A program made the translations under genes and the position numbers. 64,000 nt of DNA from Lentisphaerota bacterium (GTDB taxonomy: Bacteria; Verrucomicrobiota; Lentisphaeria; Victivallales; UBA1829), in contig SUVR01000011.1 of the NCBI GenBank assembly GCA_015061915.1, positions 22,972-86,971 on the forward strand, written 5' to 3'. Shown piece by piece: positions 28,629 through 39,707 of this stretch. The notes under the pieces were generated by a model, which did not search any database, was not told where the DNA came from, and saw only the letters and a list, made by a program, of their open reading frames with translations. The stretch's first letter is position 1, and every line of letters begins with the position of its first letter.

Positions 28629-29827
28629 AAGTTAACCTCCGTTCCGGACTGCTTGATCCGGTCGATCAGGTCCGGCACGATCTTGTAAAGATCGCCCGTG
28701 ATCCCGATGTGCGCCACCTGAAAGATGGGCGCCGTGCTGTCCGTATTGATGGCGATGATCTTTTCCGCTCCGTTCATACCGGCAACGAACTGGATCGCAC
28801 CGGAAACGCCGCAGGTGATGATCAGTTTCGGTTTGACCGTTCTGCCGCTCAAGCCGATCTGACGCCGGGCATCGATCCAGCCCGCCTCCACCAGCGCACG
28901 GGTACTTGCCAGTTTTCCGCCCAGCAGATTCGCCAGTTCCTGAAGCAGGGTAAGATCTTCCGCTTTCCGGACACCGCGCCCTGCCACCACCAGCACTTCT
29001 GCATCTTCAATACCTTTTTCCTGTGCTTTCGGCTGGATTTTGGTGATGTCGATGGCAGAGACCAGTTTCTCCGGAGTCAGTTCACATTCATGGATCCTGC
29101 CGGAAGCGTTGGGGTTCCGGGGCGGGATGGAAAAGATCTTGTAGCGGACCGTGGCAAACTGGGGGCGGTGCCGGGGCGTGTTGATGTGCGCCATAATATT
29201 TCCGCCGTATGCAGGCCGGATCTGATCCAGATCGCTCTCGCCGGAGATGTCCAGTTTTGTGCAGTCTGCCGTCAGACCGGTGCGGAACCGTGCAGCTGCC
29301 CGGGGGGCGAGGGAGCGTCCTGCGGGAGTGCCGCCCACCAGAACGGCGGAGGGCTTGTTGTTCCGGATAAAGTCTTCCAGCACAGCGGTATAAGGTTCGA
29401 TCCGGAAGTGTTTCAGTTCCGGCTGGTCGTACACAAAAACTTCATCTGCACCATATTCCAGCAGCATTTTTGCTTTTTCTGTGATATCCGTCCCAGTCAG
29501 CAGGCAGAAGACCGGTTCGCTGACTTTTTCCGCCAGTTCCTTTGCTTTGCCGATGAGTTCCAGCGTCACCGGGTGGACATTGCCGTTTTCCACTTCCGCA
29601 ACAACTGCAATGCCCCGCCATTGGCTTTTCTCCACGGCAGGTTTGACTTCATCTTCCACGAACTCAAACACACCATCGCCTTTTCGGATGCAGAGACGGC
29701 ACATTTTGCAGGCGGCACTGATGGAAAGTTGTCCGTTTGCGACTTCAATGGCGCCGAAGGGGCAGAGTTTTGCCAGAGCCTCCTGCTTCCCGGCAGCCTT
29801 ATCCTGATGAATTCTGATCTGTGCCAT
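28625..29827 (-). CDS. etfA: Electron transfer flavoprotein alpha subunit with an N-terminal ferredoxin-like Cys domain
   Basis: 400 aa. It has N-terminal CPFGAI...CKMCRLC clusters, and the C-terminal ETF-alpha FAD-binding region matches ([10 protein letters not shown]). It overlaps the downstream gene by 4 nt. Confidence 0.9.
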   Translation of the reverse strand: MAQIRIHQDKAAGKQEALAKLCPFGAIEVANGQLSISAACKMCRLCIRKGDGVFEFVEDEVKPAVEKSQWRGIAVVAEVENGNVHPVTLELIGKAKELAEKVSEPVFCLLTGTDITEKAKMLLEYGADEVFVYDQPELKHFRIEPYTAVLEDFIRNNKPSAVLVGGTPAGRSLAPRAAARFRTGLTADCTKLDISGESDLDQIRPAYGGNIMAHINTPRHRPQFATVRYKIFSIPPRNPNASGRIHECELTPEKLVSAIDITKIQPKAQEKGIEDAEVLVVAGRGVRKAEDLTLLQELANLLGGKLASTRALVEAGWIDARRQIGLSGRTVKPKLIITCGVSGAIQFVAGMNGAEKIIAINTDSTAPIFQVAHIGITGDLYKIVPDLIDRIKQSGTEVNL

Positions 29828-29830
29828 ACC

Positions 29831-30631
29831 TTACCTCAACTGCTGTAAATATTTGTGCGAATCGAGGAACCGGAAGAGCCGTTCTCCCAGATCAGCGGCA
29901 TTGCCTTCCCACATTTCGCGGGTGTTGCTGTTTTCGGGCGGGAAGATCCGTTTGACCTGAGTGGGAGAACCGTTCAAGCCGTAGTGGACGGGATCTTTGT
30001 CCGGCAGGTCGTCCAGCGTCAGGATCCGGATCTGCCGGTCTGCCGTTTCCTTCTTCCGTTTGTAGGAGGGCAGACGGGGTTCAAAAATGCCTTTTTCGAC
30101 TGTGATGAGGCAGGGAAACGGGATCTTTGCCGTGGCGATGCTTAAAGGCTGGTCCAGATCGGCTTCCAGCGTTTCCGCTTCAATGCCGTGGACTTTGCAC
30201 ACATTTGTCACGTGGGGGATCTTGAGAAATTCAGCCAACTCCGCACCCACCTGCGCCGTGTCGCCATCGGTGGTCTGTTTGCCGCAGATGATGAGGTCGA
30301 ACGGTCCCGCAGCCTGCAAACCCTGGCTGAGCGTGTAGGAGGTCGCCAGCACGTCTGCACCGCCGAACCGCCGGTCGGAAAGAAGGACGCCGTGATCCAC
30401 GCCCATCATAAAGGCTTCCCGGATCACTGCCTGTGCCTGAGGCGGTCCCATGGTGATGACGGTGATCTCACCGCCGTATTGCTGTTTGAGACGAAGTGCT
30501 GTTTCCAGAGCGTACAGGTCGTAGGGATTCATCTTGGATTCCACCCCGTCCCGCTTCAAAACGCCGGTCACCGGGTCGATCTCCACCTGGGATGTCCCCG
30601 GCACTTGCTTGATGCAGACTGCTGTTTTCAT
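29831..30631 (-). CDS. etfB: Electron transfer flavoprotein beta subunit
   Basis: The start is at 30631 (MKTAVCIKQVPG...), a canonical ETF-beta N-terminus. Confidence 0.9.
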   Translation of the reverse strand: MKTAVCIKQVPGTSQVEIDPVTGVLKRDGVESKMNPYDLYALETALRLKQQYGGEITVITMGPPQAQAVIREAFMMGVDHGVLLSDRRFGGADVLATSYTLSQGLQAAGPFDLIICGKQTTDGDTAQVGAELAEFLKIPHVTNVCKVHGIEAETLEADLDQPLSIATAKIPFPCLITVEKGIFEPRLPSYKRKKETADRQIRILTLDDLPDKDPVHYGLNGSPTQVKRIFPPENSNTREMWEGNAADLGERLFRFLDSHKYLQQLR

Positions 30632-30664
30632 TCTGTTTTCCTTGCATTGCTGTGATTTTTCCGT

Positions 30665-30693
30665 ACTATAAACCACAGTTTCCTGAAATGCAA
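30665..30693 (-). promoter_or_regulatory. Promoter of the etfBA-oxidase operon
   Basis: On the minus strand: TTGCAT, 17 nt, TATAGT. Confidence 0.45.
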
Positions 30694-30844
30694 GGTGCAG
30701 ATCTGCAAACCTTCAGAAAACCTCCTGATCCCGCCGCCAAAATTCTGAAGGTCCGGCGCAGTGCCGGTATGTCCCGCATGGCAATTACTATAACCGGGGG
30801 AGGTGGACATTTTATGGGTGTGTAAATTATTTTTTTGAAAAAAA

Positions 30845-31849
30845 TCAGATTTTTTTATGTTTCCGGAGGATTTTTTCAGCGGATTCCGCAATTTTTTCGC
30901 GCAGTGACGCCGGAGAGACCACTTCCACTTCACCGGGCCAGGTCAGAACAAAGTTGATGAGCCGGTATTCTTCCGCCTCCGGGATGTGCAGCTCCAGCGT
31001 ATCTTCCGGCAGTTCTTTTGTTTTACCGCCGGTAAACATTTCCGGACCGTACATCTTTCCTTTTCCGGTCAGGCGCAGGGTGATATTCTGTATTGTCGGA
31101 AAATCGAAAAGATTTCCGGACTGAACGGTTTGCAGCAGTTTTGCATCGGTGGTGAAGGTATAGGGCGTCACGGTCACGTGGCTGATCCGGTGAACGGCAA
31201 GAGTGATGATGTCCGTTTCTTCATACGCCACTTTATCGGACCGGATCAACCGCACTTTCAGGTACCAGCTCCCTTCATGGAATGCGAGTACATGGGGTTC
31301 CACTTCCAGTTGGGCAGTCATCCCGTCTTTGGCGCGGGTGTAGCTCATAAGCAGGATCTGGCGCTGACGCCATCCTTTGAAGACTTCTGCAAAAATCTCC
31401 GGCTTGATGGGAACACGGGAACCGGTGGCGATGAGAGCCAGCAGGCAGATCCGGTCGTCCAACACTTGTGTGTCGCTGGCGGCGACCAGTTCATCAATGG
31501 ACTGGCGGATCTTGCTCCGGACCGGGTTCGGCAGGATCATTTCCGCCAGACGGGAACTCAAAACCGCCGCTTCCATCTCCTCCTGTCTGGAAACCGGAAC
31601 ATCCAGATTCCATTCCGGATCGGTGAGATAATAGCCCCGCTCCGTAAAGTCGTATGCAATGGGGGCATTGTACTCATATTTCAGAAAATTCACGTCCCGC
31701 TGGACCGTTTTCTGGGTGATATTGTATGCACCGGCAAGGTCCAGTTTCCGCATCTCCTCCACCAGACGGGGGTGGTTGGGGTAGCGGTTCTCCTTCAGCA
31801 TAGAGATGAAGTGCATCAGGCGCGGCAGCGCAAATTTGTTTTTGGACAT
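30845..31849 (-). CDS. HTH plus WYL-domain transcriptional regulator (YafY/PafBC-like architecture)
   Basis: 334 aa. It has an N-terminal wHTH (ITQKTVQRDVNFL), a central WYL-like segment (HEGSWYLKV), and a C-terminal extension. Confidence 0.7.
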   Translation of the reverse strand: MSKNKFALPRLMHFISMLKENRYPNHPRLVEEMRKLDLAGAYNITQKTVQRDVNFLKYEYNAPIAYDFTERGYYLTDPEWNLDVPVSRQEEMEAAVLSSRLAEMILPNPVRSKIRQSIDELVAASDTQVLDDRICLLALIATGSRVPIKPEIFAEVFKGWRQRQILLMSYTRAKDGMTAQLEVEPHVLAFHEGSWYLKVRLIRSDKVAYEETDIITLAVHRISHVTVTPYTFTTDAKLLQTVQSGNLFDFPTIQNITLRLTGKGKMYGPEMFTGGKTKELPEDTLELHIPEAEEYRLINFVLTWPGEVEVVSPASLREKIAESAEKILRKHKKI

Positions 31850-32014
31850 GGCAGATCCTTTTCTTTGTTACGGAAATAATCTACCATAAAAAAGTGAAAA
31901 TGCAATTTCCCCGCGGGAAAAACGGGTCAAAAAAGACTTTTTTCTTGAAAGACAGCAGAGAAACGGTATATTTCAGAATGAAATTTGCTTGAAAAACGGA
32001 ACAGAGGAGTTGTT

Positions 32015-33130
32015 ATGAAGATCGAATTGGAAAAAATCGAAACCGGTTTCAAAGGCGGTTGTTGTTTTACCCATGCCCGCGGTGTGGCATTGCCCGATGG
32101 CGGGGCGCTGATCACGACCCAGCCCCTGCTGCTTTCCGGAAGCGATGTCTTTTACGGGATCCATACCCTGCAGAAAATGCCGGGTGCGGACTGGAGCCCG
32201 ATCATTCCGAGTAAGACGCTGGTACGACGGAAGATCAATGATGCTGCAGAGCAGGCAGTTTGTGACTGTACCCCGTTTTATCACCGGAAGAGCGGAAAAC
32301 TGTTGCTGCTGGGGCATACCGTTTCTTATACGGATGATTCTTCTCCCGCCGTTATGCCCCGTTATACCGCCTGGAGTGTGTTCGATTTTTCCGCCGGAGA
32401 GTGGAGCCCGTACAAAACACTGGATATGGGCGATCCGGATCGCTGGTTTTCCGCAGGGAACGGTTCGGGGCAATCGTTGGAACTGCCGGATGGCGATCTG
32501 TTGATCCCGTTCTACTTCATGAACCGGGAGGAAGCGGGCAATATGTGGCACAACTGCTTCAAGTCCGCCGTGATGCGGTGCAGTTTTGACGGCAATGACT
32601 TGCAGTTGAAAGAAATCGGTTCTCCTTTGACTGTTGATGTACCGCGGGGACTTTGCGAACCTTCCATCATCTTTTTCAAAGGAAGGTACTTCCTGGCGCT
32701 GCGCAACGATCAGCACGGTTATATTGCCCGGGGCAGCGACGGACTGAATTACGAAAAACCGGTGTTGCTTACCTTTGATGACGGCGCCGATGCCGGGAAT
32801 TACTGTACCCAGCAGCACTGGATCGTCTGCGGCGGAAAACTGTACCTTGTCTATACCCGCAGGGGAGCGGATAACGACCATGTGTTCCGTCACCGTGCCC
32901 CTCTTTTTATTGCTGAATACGATTCGGAAAAGATGTGTCTGATCCGGGCAACGGAAACGATCGCTGTGCCGGAACGGGGCGCCCGGCTCGGTAATTTCGG
33001 CTGTCATCGCGTCAATGATAACGAATCCTGGATCGTTGCTGCCGAATGGATGCAGCCCGATTGGAAAGTCTGTATGCAATACGGCAGCCGCAACACGATC
33101 TTCGTCGCCAAAATCCGCTGCGACGGATGA
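32015..33130 (+). CDS. Beta-propeller glycosidase-like protein (sialidase/BNR-fold-like), no signal peptide
   Basis: The ATG at 32015 has AGAGGAG upstream; the listed start at 31985 is TTG. The repetitive beta-strand-rich sequence resembles exo-alpha-sialidase-fold proteins. The family assignment is weak. Confidence 0.45.
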   Translation: MKIELEKIETGFKGGCCFTHARGVALPDGGALITTQPLLLSGSDVFYGIHTLQKMPGADWSPIIPSKTLVRRKINDAAEQAVCDCTPFYHRKSGKLLLLGHTVSYTDDSSPAVMPRYTAWSVFDFSAGEWSPYKTLDMGDPDRWFSAGNGSGQSLELPDGDLLIPFYFMNREEAGNMWHNCFKSAVMRCSFDGNDLQLKEIGSPLTVDVPRGLCEPSIIFFKGRYFLALRNDQHGYIARGSDGLNYEKPVLLTFDDGADAGNYCTQQHWIVCGGKLYLVYTRRGADNDHVFRHRAPLFIAEYDSEKMCLIRATETIAVPERGARLGNFGCHRVNDNESWIVAAEWMQPDWKVCMQYGSRNTIFVAKIRCDG

Positions 33131-33287
33131 AAAGCGGCAGCTGTACCGGAAGTTGAAACAGGGCTTCTTTGATTAACAGAGGAAAAAACGGAAAAAAGTT
33201 ATCATGCCGTCTTGACATACTGTGTCAGAAGCGTTATTGTTGTGTCAGAACAGGTCCCCGCCTGAACCGATAAATAAGGAAAATGCC

Positions 33288-35759
33288 ATGAAAAGAAAAC
33301 TCCGGAATGTCTTTCTCGCTCTGCTTGCCTGCGGCACGCTGTTTTCCGCCGCAGCTTGTTCTACCATTCAGAATGAATCTCCTGCTGCCTTGTGTAAACT
33401 GGTTGAAAACCGGAATGTTGCCGCAGAAATCGTGCTTGATTTCAGCCGTCAGCACTGGCGGGCGGATGGACCCAACGGCTTTGAGCCGGAAGATTATGCT
33501 GCCCGGGAACTGCAGAGCTGGATCGGTTCCATTACGGGTTCTTTTGTGCCGATCGTAGCGAAACCGACTGCGAACCCTGCAGTCCGGACCCGGCTCTTTG
33601 TGGGGACAAATTTTGCGAAGGATCGTTTCAAGGATGATCTGAAAAAGATGCGGGGCAGCGACGGTTTTGCGGTCCGGACGACTGTGGGGGAAGATGGTGT
33701 CCGGAACATCTATCTTTTCGGTGCGATTTCCCGTGGGACGCTGCACAGCGTATATGAGTTTCTGGAACGGAACAGTGATATTATCTGGGCGCGACCCAAC
33801 GAAGAGCTTGGCACGATCTATTCGGAAACGCCGGACTTCACCGTGGTGGATGCCGATTTTCTGTGTCTGCCGAAAAGCGATTCCCGTGCGTTCCAGTGGA
33901 TCTACCACACGCCCGCCCGTCAGGATTACGAATGGCAGTCCCGCAACCGTATGAACCGTCTCGGCGGACACGCCCGTTACGGCGGCACATTTACGAATGC
34001 GGGGGTCGGTCACGGGATCCAGGTGTATGTGCCCCACAAGGTGTACTTCAAGGATCATCCGGAATATTATACCATGATGGAAAGCGGCAAGCGGGATTAC
34101 CGCAACGGTCAGATCTGCCTTCTGGCGTACGAAATGATCCCGGAATATGTAAAAAATATGCGTGCTGATCTGGCAAAAAAATTCAATCATCTGCCCCGTC
34201 CGGAGCAGGGCAGGGTGGATTACTTCAATCTTTCGATTGCGGACAACTGGGGCGTCTGCAAATGTCCCAAGTGTCTGGCACCCTTCAAGACGGAAAACGG
34301 CAGGATCATCCAGCCGGAAGATCCGGTGTTCCGTTCGGCGCAATACTACACTTTTATCAACAAGGTTGCCCGTGAGATCCGCAAAACCAATCCCAATGTG
34401 ACGGTGGGCGTTTATGCCTATGTCTTTACCAGTGAACCGCCTCCGTTCCCGCTGGAACAGAACGTGCGGATCGAATACTGTCCGTTCGTGCTGAACGAAA
34501 AGACGCCCATCTATGACATTGAGACCAACGGCAAGTGGAACGATTACCTGATCGGCTGGGGAAGAGCCAGCAAGCACACACAGGTGCGGGAATATCTTGG
34601 TTGGGCGAACAAATTTCCCCGTTCCCAGGCGTACCGGGTGCGGGATAACGGCTTGTTCTATATCAAGCACAATGTGAAAGAATTTTCTGCAGAACACCCG
34701 CTGGACAGCGGCAGCAAGGCGTATCCGCCCGCCATTCAGACGTGGGACGTCTCCGGCATGGATGCGTGGCTCATCGCCCGGATGTGGTGGGATGCAACGC
34801 AGGATCTGGAAAAATTGCGGGAGCAGTATCTTACCCGGACCTACCGGGAAGCCGCGCCGCAGATGAAACTTTATTATGACACCCTGCGTGACAGCTTCTA
34901 CTCCAACAAACTCGCCTCCGTTTACAGCGATGATATGCTGCCCCTGATCTCTGCGTACATCATGAAGCCGGGACTGGCTGGAAAACTGCGGAGTTGTCTG
35001 GAGGATGCCCTGAAAGCTGCGAAGCACCCGAAGAGCCGGGAACTGATCGCGCGTCAGCTCAAGCATCTGAATGACTGGATCGAGATGGCGAAAAACGATA
35101 AGACTGTCCGGGCGACCGTCCCCGTGGTCAAGGGCATGAAGGAAAGTGAGATCCTGCAGTCTTTCGGCTCCAAGATCTGGGACAACGCCGGGGCTACCGG
35201 TGATTTTGTGGTGGCGGATCAGGGACCGGATCACGGCAAACAAGCCAAGTTCCGCAGCACCGCCCGTCTGCTCCACGACCGGGAAAATCTTTATATCTAC
35301 TTCCAGTGCTTTACGCCCGATATGAAGAACCTTGCTGTCAGCAAGACGAAGGATCGTTCCGTGGAGAGTATCCCCAGAGGCGACATCATGGAATTTTTCC
35401 TCGGTCACGCAAGCAACGGCGTGTACTATCAGTTCATGTTCGATGCCGGCAACCCCGGTCACCCCGAACTGGATGTGGTCTATGACGGCAAGGGATACAC
35501 CAACTCCTGGACCTGCGACTGGAAACGGTCCATCCGGCGTTATGACGACCGGTGGGAAGCGATCGTGAAGATCCCGCTGGCGGCGATCGAGTTGAATGTG
35601 ACCCAGAACAACAAACTGCTTTTCCAGCCCATCCGCGGCAAGTATTACGATACCGTGAAAAACGGCAAGCCCGCACGGGAACGGGAAATGGCAAGCTGGA
35701 ACGGCGGCTGGGTACACCAGATGCCCGCCTTCGGGGAACTGACCCTCAATCAGGATTGA
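33288..35759 (+). CDS. Lipoprotein, DUF4838-like glycan-active protein with a C-terminal CBM9-like domain
   Basis: The start is at MKRKLRNVFLALLACGTLFSAAAC (lipobox). It is a large DUF4838-like body. The C-terminal ~190 aa resemble carbohydrate-binding family 9. The calls rest on memory of these families only. Confidence 0.55.
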   Translation: MKRKLRNVFLALLACGTLFSAAACSTIQNESPAALCKLVENRNVAAEIVLDFSRQHWRADGPNGFEPEDYAARELQSWIGSITGSFVPIVAKPTANPAVRTRLFVGTNFAKDRFKDDLKKMRGSDGFAVRTTVGEDGVRNIYLFGAISRGTLHSVYEFLERNSDIIWARPNEELGTIYSETPDFTVVDADFLCLPKSDSRAFQWIYHTPARQDYEWQSRNRMNRLGGHARYGGTFTNAGVGHGIQVYVPHKVYFKDHPEYYTMMESGKRDYRNGQICLLAYEMIPEYVKNMRADLAKKFNHLPRPEQGRVDYFNLSIADNWGVCKCPKCLAPFKTENGRIIQPEDPVFRSAQYYTFINKVAREIRKTNPNVTVGVYAYVFTSEPPPFPLEQNVRIEYCPFVLNEKTPIYDIETNGKWNDYLIGWGRASKHTQVREYLGWANKFPRSQAYRVRDNGLFYIKHNVKEFSAEHPLDSGSKAYPPAIQTWDVSGMDAWLIARMWWDATQDLEKLREQYLTRTYREAAPQMKLYYDTLRDSFYSNKLASVYSDDMLPLISAYIMKPGLAGKLRSCLEDALKAAKHPKSRELIARQLKHLNDWIEMAKNDKTVRATVPVVKGMKESEILQSFGSKIWDNAGATGDFVVADQGPDHGKQAKFRSTARLLHDRENLYIYFQCFTPDMKNLAVSKTKDRSVESIPRGDIMEFFLGHASNGVYYQFMFDAGNPGHPELDVVYDGKGYTNSWTCDWKRSIRRYDDRWEAIVKIPLAAIELNVTQNNKLLFQPIRGKYYDTVKNGKPAREREMASWNGGWVHQMPAFGELTLNQD

Positions 35760-35801
35760 TGCGCAGAACAGCACACGCCCCACGGACACCGGGCGGTCCC
35801 G

Positions 35802-35837
35802 CCCCCGCAGGAGAGACCTGCGGGGGCTGCTTTTTTT
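35802..35837 (+). terminator. Intrinsic terminator of the DUF4838-like gene
   Basis: CCCCCGCAGG / CCTGCGGGGG stem followed by T7. Confidence 0.6.
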
Positions 35838-35870
35838 GCCGCAGCGCGCCACGCCGTGGTACGCTGCGGC

Positions 35871-35919
35871 AAAAAAAGTGCCGGAGCTGTCGGCGCGGAT
35901 GTGCGCGCCTTGCTCCGGC
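35871..35919 (-). terminator. Intrinsic terminator of metH
   Basis: On the minus strand: GCCGGAGC...GCTCCGGC hairpin followed by ACTTTTTTT. Confidence 0.55.
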
Positions 35920-35962
35920 GGACCGCCCCGGTGTCCGTGGGGCGTGTGCTGTCTGACCGTCC

Positions 35963-38900
35963 TTACAGTGCCAGAAACTTGTGCAGTTCTTCCGGCTTCC
36001 GGTTCCGGCGTGCGGCGTAGTCTGCCAGCTGATCTTCCGTCACAGCGCCCAGTTGGAAATATTGTGCCTGTTCTGCGGTGAGCATCATGCCGCAGACTGC
36101 TGCCGGAGGATCCATCATCATATTTTCCGTCAACTTCAGACCAATGGCATTTTCGGCATCCAGCAGCTCAAAAATATCCTTCTTGAGCGTGTGATCCGGG
36201 CAGATGGGATAACCGATGGCGGGACGGATGCTGTCCTTTCCGGTTCCTTCGGGATCGTAGCCCCACAACCGGGTCTTTACCTCGTGATGCAGGAATGCGG
36301 CGCAGGCTTCGGCGAGGGCATTGGCGAGGGTCTGGAGCAGGAGCGCATTGTAGTCATCGTTCTGCGCCTTGAATTCTGCCGCCCGTTCTGCGATCCCGTC
36401 ACCGGCGGAGATGGCGAAGAGTCCGATATGGTCCCCCTTGTCCGCTACAAAGTCAGCCAGACTGAGCGTAGTTCCGGTTCTGGCGTCGATCTTCTGTGTC
36501 CGCAGCATCGGAAGGACTGTTTTACGGATCTTTCCCTGTCGGTATTGGCTGATCCGGATCCCGTTTTTCTCTTCCGTCCGTTCTGCATCCAGCAGCGCGA
36601 AGACCGCCCGGATGGAGAAGGTGCCCCGTTCCGTTTCGCTTGTGAGCAGCGCTTTTGCATCTTTGAGCAGATCCACGCCGGACCGGAGATTGGTCTCCCA
36701 CGAGGCGAGAAATGCGTTCCAGTTGAGATAGGGCAGCAGTTCCTCCACCCGTACCGGTTCCATACGGAAGACGCCGGTGGCTTTTGCGGGGGTGGGAGTC
36801 TTCTTACACCCGGCGGCGGCAGTGGCATCGGTCAGACTCAGCAGATCATCCGCTTTCTGTTCCGGCTGCTGTAAAGCGGCGTATTCTTTTTTCAGTTGTT
36901 CGATAAACGGTCCGCACTTGACCGGATCGGCAAGGGTCATCGCCACCGGTGCGCACTGGGAGGCATCGGTGGTATAGACCACGATCCCGTTCGTGTACCG
37001 GGGCTGCAGTTTCAATGCGGTGTGAGTACGGGAAGCGGCGGCACCGCCCACCATGAGAGGAATGGAAAGTTTGCGTTTTTCCAGTTCATCAGCAACGATC
37101 CCCATTTCCTCCAGCGAAGGCGTGATCAAGCCGCTGAGCGCGATGATATCCGCCTGTTTTTCCAGTGCGGTTTGAACGATCGTTTCCGGCGGAACCATCA
37201 CGCCCAGATCAATGACTTCAAAATTGTTGCATTGCAGGACCACACCCACAATATTTTTGCCGATGTCATGCACGTCCCCCTTGACGGTTGCCAGCACCAC
37301 CACGGGTTTGCGGACGGCATCCGACCGTTTCGACTGGATCGCAGGCATCAGGTGGGAGACGGCATTTTTCATCACACGGGCAGTCTTGACCACCTGTGGC
37401 AGGAACATCTTTCCTGCACCGAACCGGACGCCCACTTCATTCATACCGTCCATAAGAGGACCTTCGATGATCTGGACCGGATCGGGGTAGGCGTTCAGGG
37501 CTTCCGCCATATCCTCCGCCAGAAACGCATCGTCGCCGTGGATGAGAGCGTAAGCGATCCGTTCTTCCAGACGCTTTGAGCGCCATTCGGGGGTGCCGGA
37601 AGCATCTTTCTTCTCCTGTCCGGCAAACCCGGAGGCGATCTCCAGCAGTTTTGTTCCGGCGTCCGGCGATGTGTTGAGGATCACGGCTTCCGCCGCATCA
37701 CGGAGAACAGGATCCAGTTCTTCGTACTGTTCCAGCTGGGCGGGGTTCACGATCCCCATATCCAGACCTGCCCGGATGGCATGGCAGAGAAACACGGAGT
37801 GCAGTGCGGCACGGACCGGTTCGTTGCCCCGGAAGGAGAAGGAAACGTTGCTGATGCCGCCGGAAAAATGGACGTCCGGCATCTCATTTTTCAGGATCCG
37901 GACCGCTTCGATAAAATCTTTTCCATAGGAATCATGTTCCGGCAGACCGGTGGCGACGGCAAACACGTTCACATCGAAAATAATATCGCTTGCCGGAACG
38001 TTTGCCTGTTCCGTGAGCAGACGGTACATCCGGCGGCAGACTTCGACTCTGCGTTCGAGGGTGTCTGCCTGTCCGTGTTCATCGAATGCCATACACAGCA
38101 GTGCGGCACCGAAACGGCGTGCTTCCTTCGCATGTTCGAGAAAGATCTCTTCCCCCTCTTTGAGGCTGATGGAGTTGACAATGCTTTTGCCCTGCGCGCA
38201 GGCAAGTCCGGCACGGATCGCCTCAAAGTTGGAGGAGTCGATCATGACCGGGACCCGGGCGATGTCCGGCTCGCCCGCCAGACGGAGCAGAAAACGGGAA
38301 AGTTCCGCCGCCGCATCCAGCATGGCATCGTCCATATTGATGTCGATGACCGTGGCGCCGTTTTCGACTTGATTCCGGGCGATGCGCAGGGCTTCTTCCA
38401 TGCTGCCTTCTTTGATGAGACGCAGGAATTTGCGGGAGCCTGCCACATTGGTCCGTTCCCCCACATTGAGGAAAGGCAGTTCCGGATTGGAAACCAGGGG
38501 ATCCAGTCCGGCGAGACGCAGTGCGGGCGGGAGGGCTTTCAGCGGACGGGGTGCTGCCCCTTCCAATGCCTGAGCAATGGCACGGATATGATCCGGGTTT
38601 GTGCCGCAGCAGCCCCCGGCAATGTTGAGCAGTCCTTCATCTGCGAAGGACCGGAGGATCGCGCCCATCTCCTGCGGGGTCTGTCTGTAACGGCCCAGCT
38701 CATCCGGCAGACCGGCGTTGGGGTGCGCGGAGATCCGGCAGGGGGCTTTGCGGGCGAGTTCGGCAATGTACGGCTTCATTTCTGTTGCGCCCAGTGCGCA
38801 GTTGAACCCGATGGAAAGGAGATCCGGTGTGTGCATCACCGAGATGAGAAACGCCTCCACATTCTGCCCCGCGAGCAGTCTGCCGGATGCATCGGAAAGC

Positions 38901-39541
38901 GTGCCGGAGATCATGACCGGGATCGGTTCGCCGCCCCGTTCCTCTTTGAGTTTGGAGATGGCGTAGATGGCGGCTTTGGCATTGAGTGTGTCAAAGACCG
39001 TTTCGATGAGCAGAATGTCAGCACCCCCGTCCAGCAGTCCGGCGGCAGCTTCGCGGTAGGCGTCTGCCAGTTCAAAAAAAGTCAGTTCCCGGAAGGCGGG
39101 ATCCGCCACGGAAGGAGACATGGAAAGGGTCTTGCCCGTGGGACCGATGGATCCGGCAACGAACCGGGGCTTTCCGGGGGTGAGTTCCGTGAAGGAATCG
39201 GCTGCACTGCGGGCAATGGCGGCACCGGCACGGTTCAGCTCGTAAACTTTGTCTGCCAGACCGTACTCCGCCTGTGAAAAACGGTTGGCGTTGAATGTGT
39301 TGGTTTCGATGATGTCCGCTCCCGCCTCCAGATATTTTGTGTGAACGGAAAGGACCGCTCCGGGCTGAGTCAGGTTGAGTACATCGTTATCGCCTGTCAG
39401 GTTGCAGGGATGATCTGCGAAGACCGTCCCCCGGAAATCCTGTTCGGAAAAGTGAAAAGATTGAAGCATTGTCCCCATAGCACCATCCAGAATGAGGATG
39501 CGTTTTGCCAGGGCATCGGTAAGCGCGGCTGTCTGTTTCAT
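35963..39541 (-). CDS. metH: Cobalamin-dependent methionine synthase
   Basis: The start is at 39541 ([24 protein letters not shown]). All modules are present: Hcy-binding, pterin-binding, B12-binding (DVHDIGKN) and AdoMet activation domain. Confidence 0.95.
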   Translation of the reverse strand: MKQTAALTDALAKRILILDGAMGTMLQSFHFSEQDFRGTVFADHPCNLTGDNDVLNLTQPGAVLSVHTKYLEAGADIIETNTFNANRFSQAEYGLADKVYELNRAGAAIARSAADSFTELTPGKPRFVAGSIGPTGKTLSMSPSVADPAFRELTFFELADAYREAAAGLLDGGADILLIETVFDTLNAKAAIYAISKLKEERGGEPIPVMISGTLSDASGRLLAGQNVEAFLISVMHTPDLLSIGFNCALGATEMKPYIAELARKAPCRISAHPNAGLPDELGRYRQTPQEMGAILRSFADEGLLNIAGGCCGTNPDHIRAIAQALEGAAPRPLKALPPALRLAGLDPLVSNPELPFLNVGERTNVAGSRKFLRLIKEGSMEEALRIARNQVENGATVIDINMDDAMLDAAAELSRFLLRLAGEPDIARVPVMIDSSNFEAIRAGLACAQGKSIVNSISLKEGEEIFLEHAKEARRFGAALLCMAFDEHGQADTLERRVEVCRRMYRLLTEQANVPASDIIFDVNVFAVATGLPEHDSYGKDFIEAVRILKNEMPDVHFSGGISNVSFSFRGNEPVRAALHSVFLCHAIRAGLDMGIVNPAQLEQYEELDPVLRDAAEAVILNTSPDAGTKLLEIASGFAGQEKKDASGTPEWRSKRLEERIAYALIHGDDAFLAEDMAEALNAYPDPVQIIEGPLMDGMNEVGVRFGAGKMFLPQVVKTARVMKNAVSHLMPAIQSKRSDAVRKPVVVLATVKGDVHDIGKNIVGVVLQCNNFEVIDLGVMVPPETIVQTALEKQADIIALSGLITPSLEEMGIVADELEKRKLSIPLMVGGAAASRTHTALKLQPRYTNGIVVYTTDASQCAPVAMTLADPVKCGPFIEQLKKEYAALQQPEQKADDLLSLTDATAAAGCKKTPTPAKATGVFRMEPVRVEELLPYLNWNAFLASWETNLRSGVDLLKDAKALLTSETERGTFSIRAVFALLDAERTEEKNGIRISQYRQGKIRKTVLPMLRTQKIDARTGTTLSLADFVADKGDHIGLFAISAGDGIAERAAEFKAQNDDYNALLLQTLANALAEACAAFLHHEVKTRLWGYDPEGTGKDSIRPAIGYPICPDHTLKKDIFELLDAENAIGLKLTENMMMDPPAAVCGMMLTAEQAQYFQLGAVTEDQLADYAARRNRKPEELHKFLAL

Positions 39542-39590
39542 AGGCGGAAAAGCCCCTGTATTTTGATTGATTTCTGATTCATTCCGGCTT

Positions 39591-39619
39591 AATATATCCT
39601 GAAAAAGAGTTTTTTGCAA
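39591..39619 (-). promoter_or_regulatory. metH promoter
   Basis: On the minus strand: TTGCAA, 17 nt, TATATT. The leader is only ~45 nt, so there is no room for a riboswitch. Confidence 0.45.
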
Positions 39620-39640
39620 CCGAAAAAAACAAAAAGGTGC

Positions 39641-39669
39641 TTGCTTTTCCTTTCAGGAAAGAGTATATT
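39641..39669 (+). promoter_or_regulatory. ppk promoter
   Basis: TTGCTT, 17 nt, TATATT. Confidence 0.4.
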
Positions 39670-39707
39670 GTGCAGAAACAGACGAAGAACACAGAACAGG
39701 AAACGGC

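Larger units (their letters stand above)
35768..35952. repeat. 185-bp nested palindromic element (32-bp terminal inverted repeats enclosing three hairpins)
   Basis: 35768-35799 is the reverse complement of 35920-35952 with one 1-nt indel. Inside are the hairpins at 35802-35826, 35838-35870 (flanked by T7/A7) and 35881-35918. Confidence 0.8.

Noticed and set aside
33234-35852. 872-aa ORF antisense to the DUF4838-like lipoprotein gene
   Set aside because: It is a shadow ORF. The plus-strand product has a lipobox, an RBS and family-like sequence, and the antisense product has none of these.
39542-39707. Riboswitch (SAM or cobalamin) in front of metH
   Set aside because: The predicted promoter leaves only a ~45-nt leader, and there are no conserved aptamer cores.
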